Positions 46,799 through 48,973 of a DNA stretch of 48,973 nt are shown here, in pieces; within the stretch, counting starts at the first letter, position 1; every line of letters begins with the position of its first letter. Where the stretch lies: assembly GCA_003245525.1 (NCBI GenBank), contig QKCY01000601.1, positions 1 through 48,973 of the forward strand, given 5' to 3'. The position numbers and the translations under genes are program-made. The notes beneath the pieces are model-generated. The model made no database searches, had not been told where the DNA came from, and was given only the letters and a program-made list of their open reading frames with translations. The DNA is from Victivallales bacterium (GTDB taxonomy: Bacteria; Verrucomicrobiota; Lentisphaeria; Oligosphaerales; Lenti-02).

Positions 46799-47584
46799 AT
46801 GACACCTGTGGCAACCGCGAACACGAACAGCACGAACCGCAAAAACGCCCCCACTGGCCTCGCCTCGTTGGACAACGCACATCCCGAAATCAGCCACTGG
46901 ATCCGGCGGGTTCTGCTGGTGGTGATCGCCGTTCTGGCGGTGATTCTGGTCGTGCGGCAGGTCCGCGCCTCCCATGACGCCAGCACCGCCAAGGCCTATG
47001 CGGCTCTGGCCAATGCCGTCACCTTCGAGGACTTCGAGCGGGTCGCGGCGGACTTCGCCGGGACCACTGTCGCCCAGCAGGCCCAGTTGGCCGCCGCCAA
47101 GGACCTCTTCGCCCAGGGCAACTATCCTCTCGCGGCCGATCGTTTCGCCGCCGCCGCCGCCAGTGGCAACGAAATCCTCTCCCTCCAGGGCACCCTCGGC
47201 CAGGCCGCCGTCTGCGAGGTCCTTGGCCAGCAGGACGCGAGCCAGCTTCCCAAGGCCATCGAGTTCTTCAAGACCGCCGGTGGCAAAGCCGCCACTCTCG
47301 GCCAGACCAGCGCCCAAGTCGATGCCATGCTCGGGCAGGTCCGCTGCTACCGTCAGAGCGGCGATGCCACCAAGAGCCAGGAACTGTTGGATGCCGCCAA
47401 GAAGCTCATCGCCCCCTTGGGCAAGAACAAGGGCGACGCGAGCGAGTTCAGTGCCCTCAACCGCGAGGTAAGCGGGGCCGAGGACGCTCTCGCCGCCTAC
47501 GCCCTGGCCGAAGCTGCACCCGTTTCTGCCGAACCCACTCCGGCCCCGGCGGAGCCCGCGCCGGCGGAGAAGGCGGCGAACTAG
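46799..47584 (+). CDS. Membrane-anchored TPR-like protein (YfgM-like)
   Basis: Single N-terminal TM (VLLVVIAVLAVILVV), then Ala-rich helical repeats (AQLAAAKDLFAQGNY, LGQAAV, LGQVRCY); AGGAG RBS. Confidence 0.65.
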   Translation: MTPVATANTNSTNRKNAPTGLASLDNAHPEISHWIRRVLLVVIAVLAVILVVRQVRASHDASTAKAYAALANAVTFEDFERVAADFAGTTVAQQAQLAAAKDLFAQGNYPLAADRFAAAAASGNEILSLQGTLGQAAVCEVLGQQDASQLPKAIEFFKTAGGKAATLGQTSAQVDAMLGQVRCYRQSGDATKSQELLDAAKKLIAPLGKNKGDASEFSALNREVSGAEDALAAYALAEAAPVSAEPTPAPAEPAPAEKAAN

Positions 47585-47671
47585 CCCCGGCACCCGCCCC
47601 CATTCCTCCTGTCCAGTCACCAAGGGGTGCCTGCTCCGTTGCGGCACCCCTTGTCTGTTGAAGGCCATGCC

Positions 47672-48619
47672 ATGTCGAACTCCACCAACTACGTCTGCAC
47701 CCTTACCCTGGAGCAGATCGAGCAGTTCCGCCAGGCTCTGGTGGACCGGAACTGGAGCTTCGCCGAGGCCCCCTATGCCTGCTGGCAGGCCAAGCAGGAC
47801 AAGACCAGCATCGTGGCCTACTGCTCGGGCAAGGTGACCGTGCAGGGCCGGGGAACCCCAGACATCATCCAGTTCGTGCTGGAGCCCTACATCCTCCACG
47901 AGGCCCGTTACGGCTACGAGAACGATCTCGCCGAAGTGGAGAACCCCCAGATGTTCGAGCCCCATGCGGGCATCGACGAAAGCGGCAAGGGCGACTACTT
48001 CGGCCCCCTGGTCATCGCCGCCGCCTACGTCGAGAAGGAAACCGCCCGCCGCCTGCTCGAGATCGGCGTCACCGACTCCAAGGCCATCAAGAGCGACCGC
48101 CGTATCGCGGATATCGCCCAGGAGACCATCTCCCTCCTACGCGGCCAGTTCGCCCTCATCACCATCGGTCCCGAAGCCTACAACCGCATGTACGCCAAGA
48201 TCGGCAACGTCAACCGCATGCTGGCTTGGGGCCATGCCCAGGCTTTGGAGAATCTCCTGGAGAAAGTGCCCACCTGCCCCCGCGCCATCTCCGACCAGTT
48301 CGGCCGCAAGGAGACCGTGATCCGCGCCCTCAAGGAACGCGGACGCGCCATCGAGCTCGAACAGCGGACCAAGGCCGAGGCCGACATCGCCGTGGCCGCC
48401 GCCTCGATTCTGGCCCGCCACGAGTTCGTTCGCCGCCTCGAAATGCTGGGCAAGACAGCCGGTCACCCCCTCCCCAAGGGCGCGGGGTCCCATGTCCTTG
48501 CCCTGGCCAAGGACTTCGCGGCGGACGGCGGCCAAGAACGTCTCGGCAAGATCGCCAAGCTCCACTTCCGCACCACCCGCCAAGCCCTCGGTCTGCCCGA
48601 CGAGGACGGCGAGGAATAG
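47672..48619 (+). CDS. rnhC: Ribonuclease HIII
   Basis: N-terminal TBP-like domain (YCSGKVTVQG), AGIDESGKGDYFGPLV, VTDSK, ISDQF, KAE..AVAAASILAR, LPKGAG, AKLHF. Confidence 0.92.
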   Translation: MSNSTNYVCTLTLEQIEQFRQALVDRNWSFAEAPYACWQAKQDKTSIVAYCSGKVTVQGRGTPDIIQFVLEPYILHEARYGYENDLAEVENPQMFEPHAGIDESGKGDYFGPLVIAAAYVEKETARRLLEIGVTDSKAIKSDRRIADIAQETISLLRGQFALITIGPEAYNRMYAKIGNVNRMLAWGHAQALENLLEKVPTCPRAISDQFGRKETVIRALKERGRAIELEQRTKAEADIAVAAASILARHEFVRRLEMLGKTAGHPLPKGAGSHVLALAKDFAADGGQERLGKIAKLHFRTTRQALGLPDEDGEE

Positions 48620-48630
48620 CATCCTTCCTT

Positions 48631-48709
48631 TGGGAGCGCCGAGCACCAGCTCGGCGGTATCCGACCCGCTGCGGCATCCCACTCGCCGAACTGGTGCTCG
48701 GCGTTCCCA
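48631..48709. repeat. Inverted repeat (REP-like doublet) between convergent genes
   Basis: tgggagcgccgagcaccagctcggcg ... cgccgaactggtgctcggcgttccca. Confidence 0.8.
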
Positions 48710-48774
48710 GGACGAAGCCCAGCCAACCCCACTGAGTTGAGCTCGGACTCACAGGTGGCAGTCCAGAGGTGGCG

Positions 48775-48972
48775 CTATACGTCCAGTTCCCGCGCCCAGG
48801 GAATGGAGTCCATCGCCCCAGGACGGGTCACGCTCAGCCCCGCCGCTTCGCTGGCATAGGCAAGCGCTTCGGCAGCCGTCTTTCCAGCCAGGTCGGCCGC
48901 CAGGAAGTAGCCGATGAAGGTGTCGCCCGCCGCCGTGGTATCCACGGGCTTGTGGGCCGAGGCGGGCTGGAA
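48775..48972 (-). CDS. C-terminal part of a PfkB-family sugar kinase (ribokinase-like), truncated by the window edge
   Basis: Minus strand reads ...KPVDTTAAGDTFIGYFLA...AAGLSVTRPGAMDSIP...*, containing the PfkB signature DTTAAGDTF; not in the ORF track. Confidence 0.88.
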   Translation of the reverse strand, partial: FQPASAHKPVDTTAAGDTFIGYFLAADLAGKTAAEALAYASEAAGLSVTRPGAMDSIPWARELDV

Positions 48973-48973
48973 G

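Noticed and set aside
47672-48619. RNase HIII as a novelty
   Set aside because: It is an ordinary member of a known family with all motifs present.

Overview
High-GC bacterial chromosomal segment with about 35 protein-coding genes. I found no rRNA, tRNA, CRISPR array or transposase. Gene content and repeat style suggest a PVC-superphylum organism such as Lentisphaerae; this is inference only. In order: secG; two tandem Asp-box (BNR) proteins; two tandem CNNM/CorC Mg2+-transport proteins preceded by an unannotated 52-aa Pro-rich ORF; a DegT-type aminotransferase; two large mosaic glycoside hydrolases flanking a lipoprotein with degenerate secretin-like repeats; an LPS heptosyltransferase operon; an orphan glycyl-radical enzyme facing a GntR/LacI-regulated sugar-catabolism operon; a divergent 9-gene Cys-rich cluster (Mod/Wtp-type ABC transporter, DUF318/ArsP-type permease, three thioredoxin-fold proteins, membrane polyferredoxin, anchored beta-propeller); an orphan YejB-like permease; a MtnP-Apt fusion with mtnA; an HflK-HflC-HflK + P1B-ATPase + ABC ATPase operon; rnhC; and a partial ribokinase. 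Several distinct palindromic REP/MITE-like elements occupy the intergenic gaps. The best candidates for undescribed systems are the 26.7-35.3 kb oxyanion/redox cluster and the 39.3-47.6 kb SPFH/P-type ATPase cluster. All family calls come from motif recognition by eye, not from database searches.
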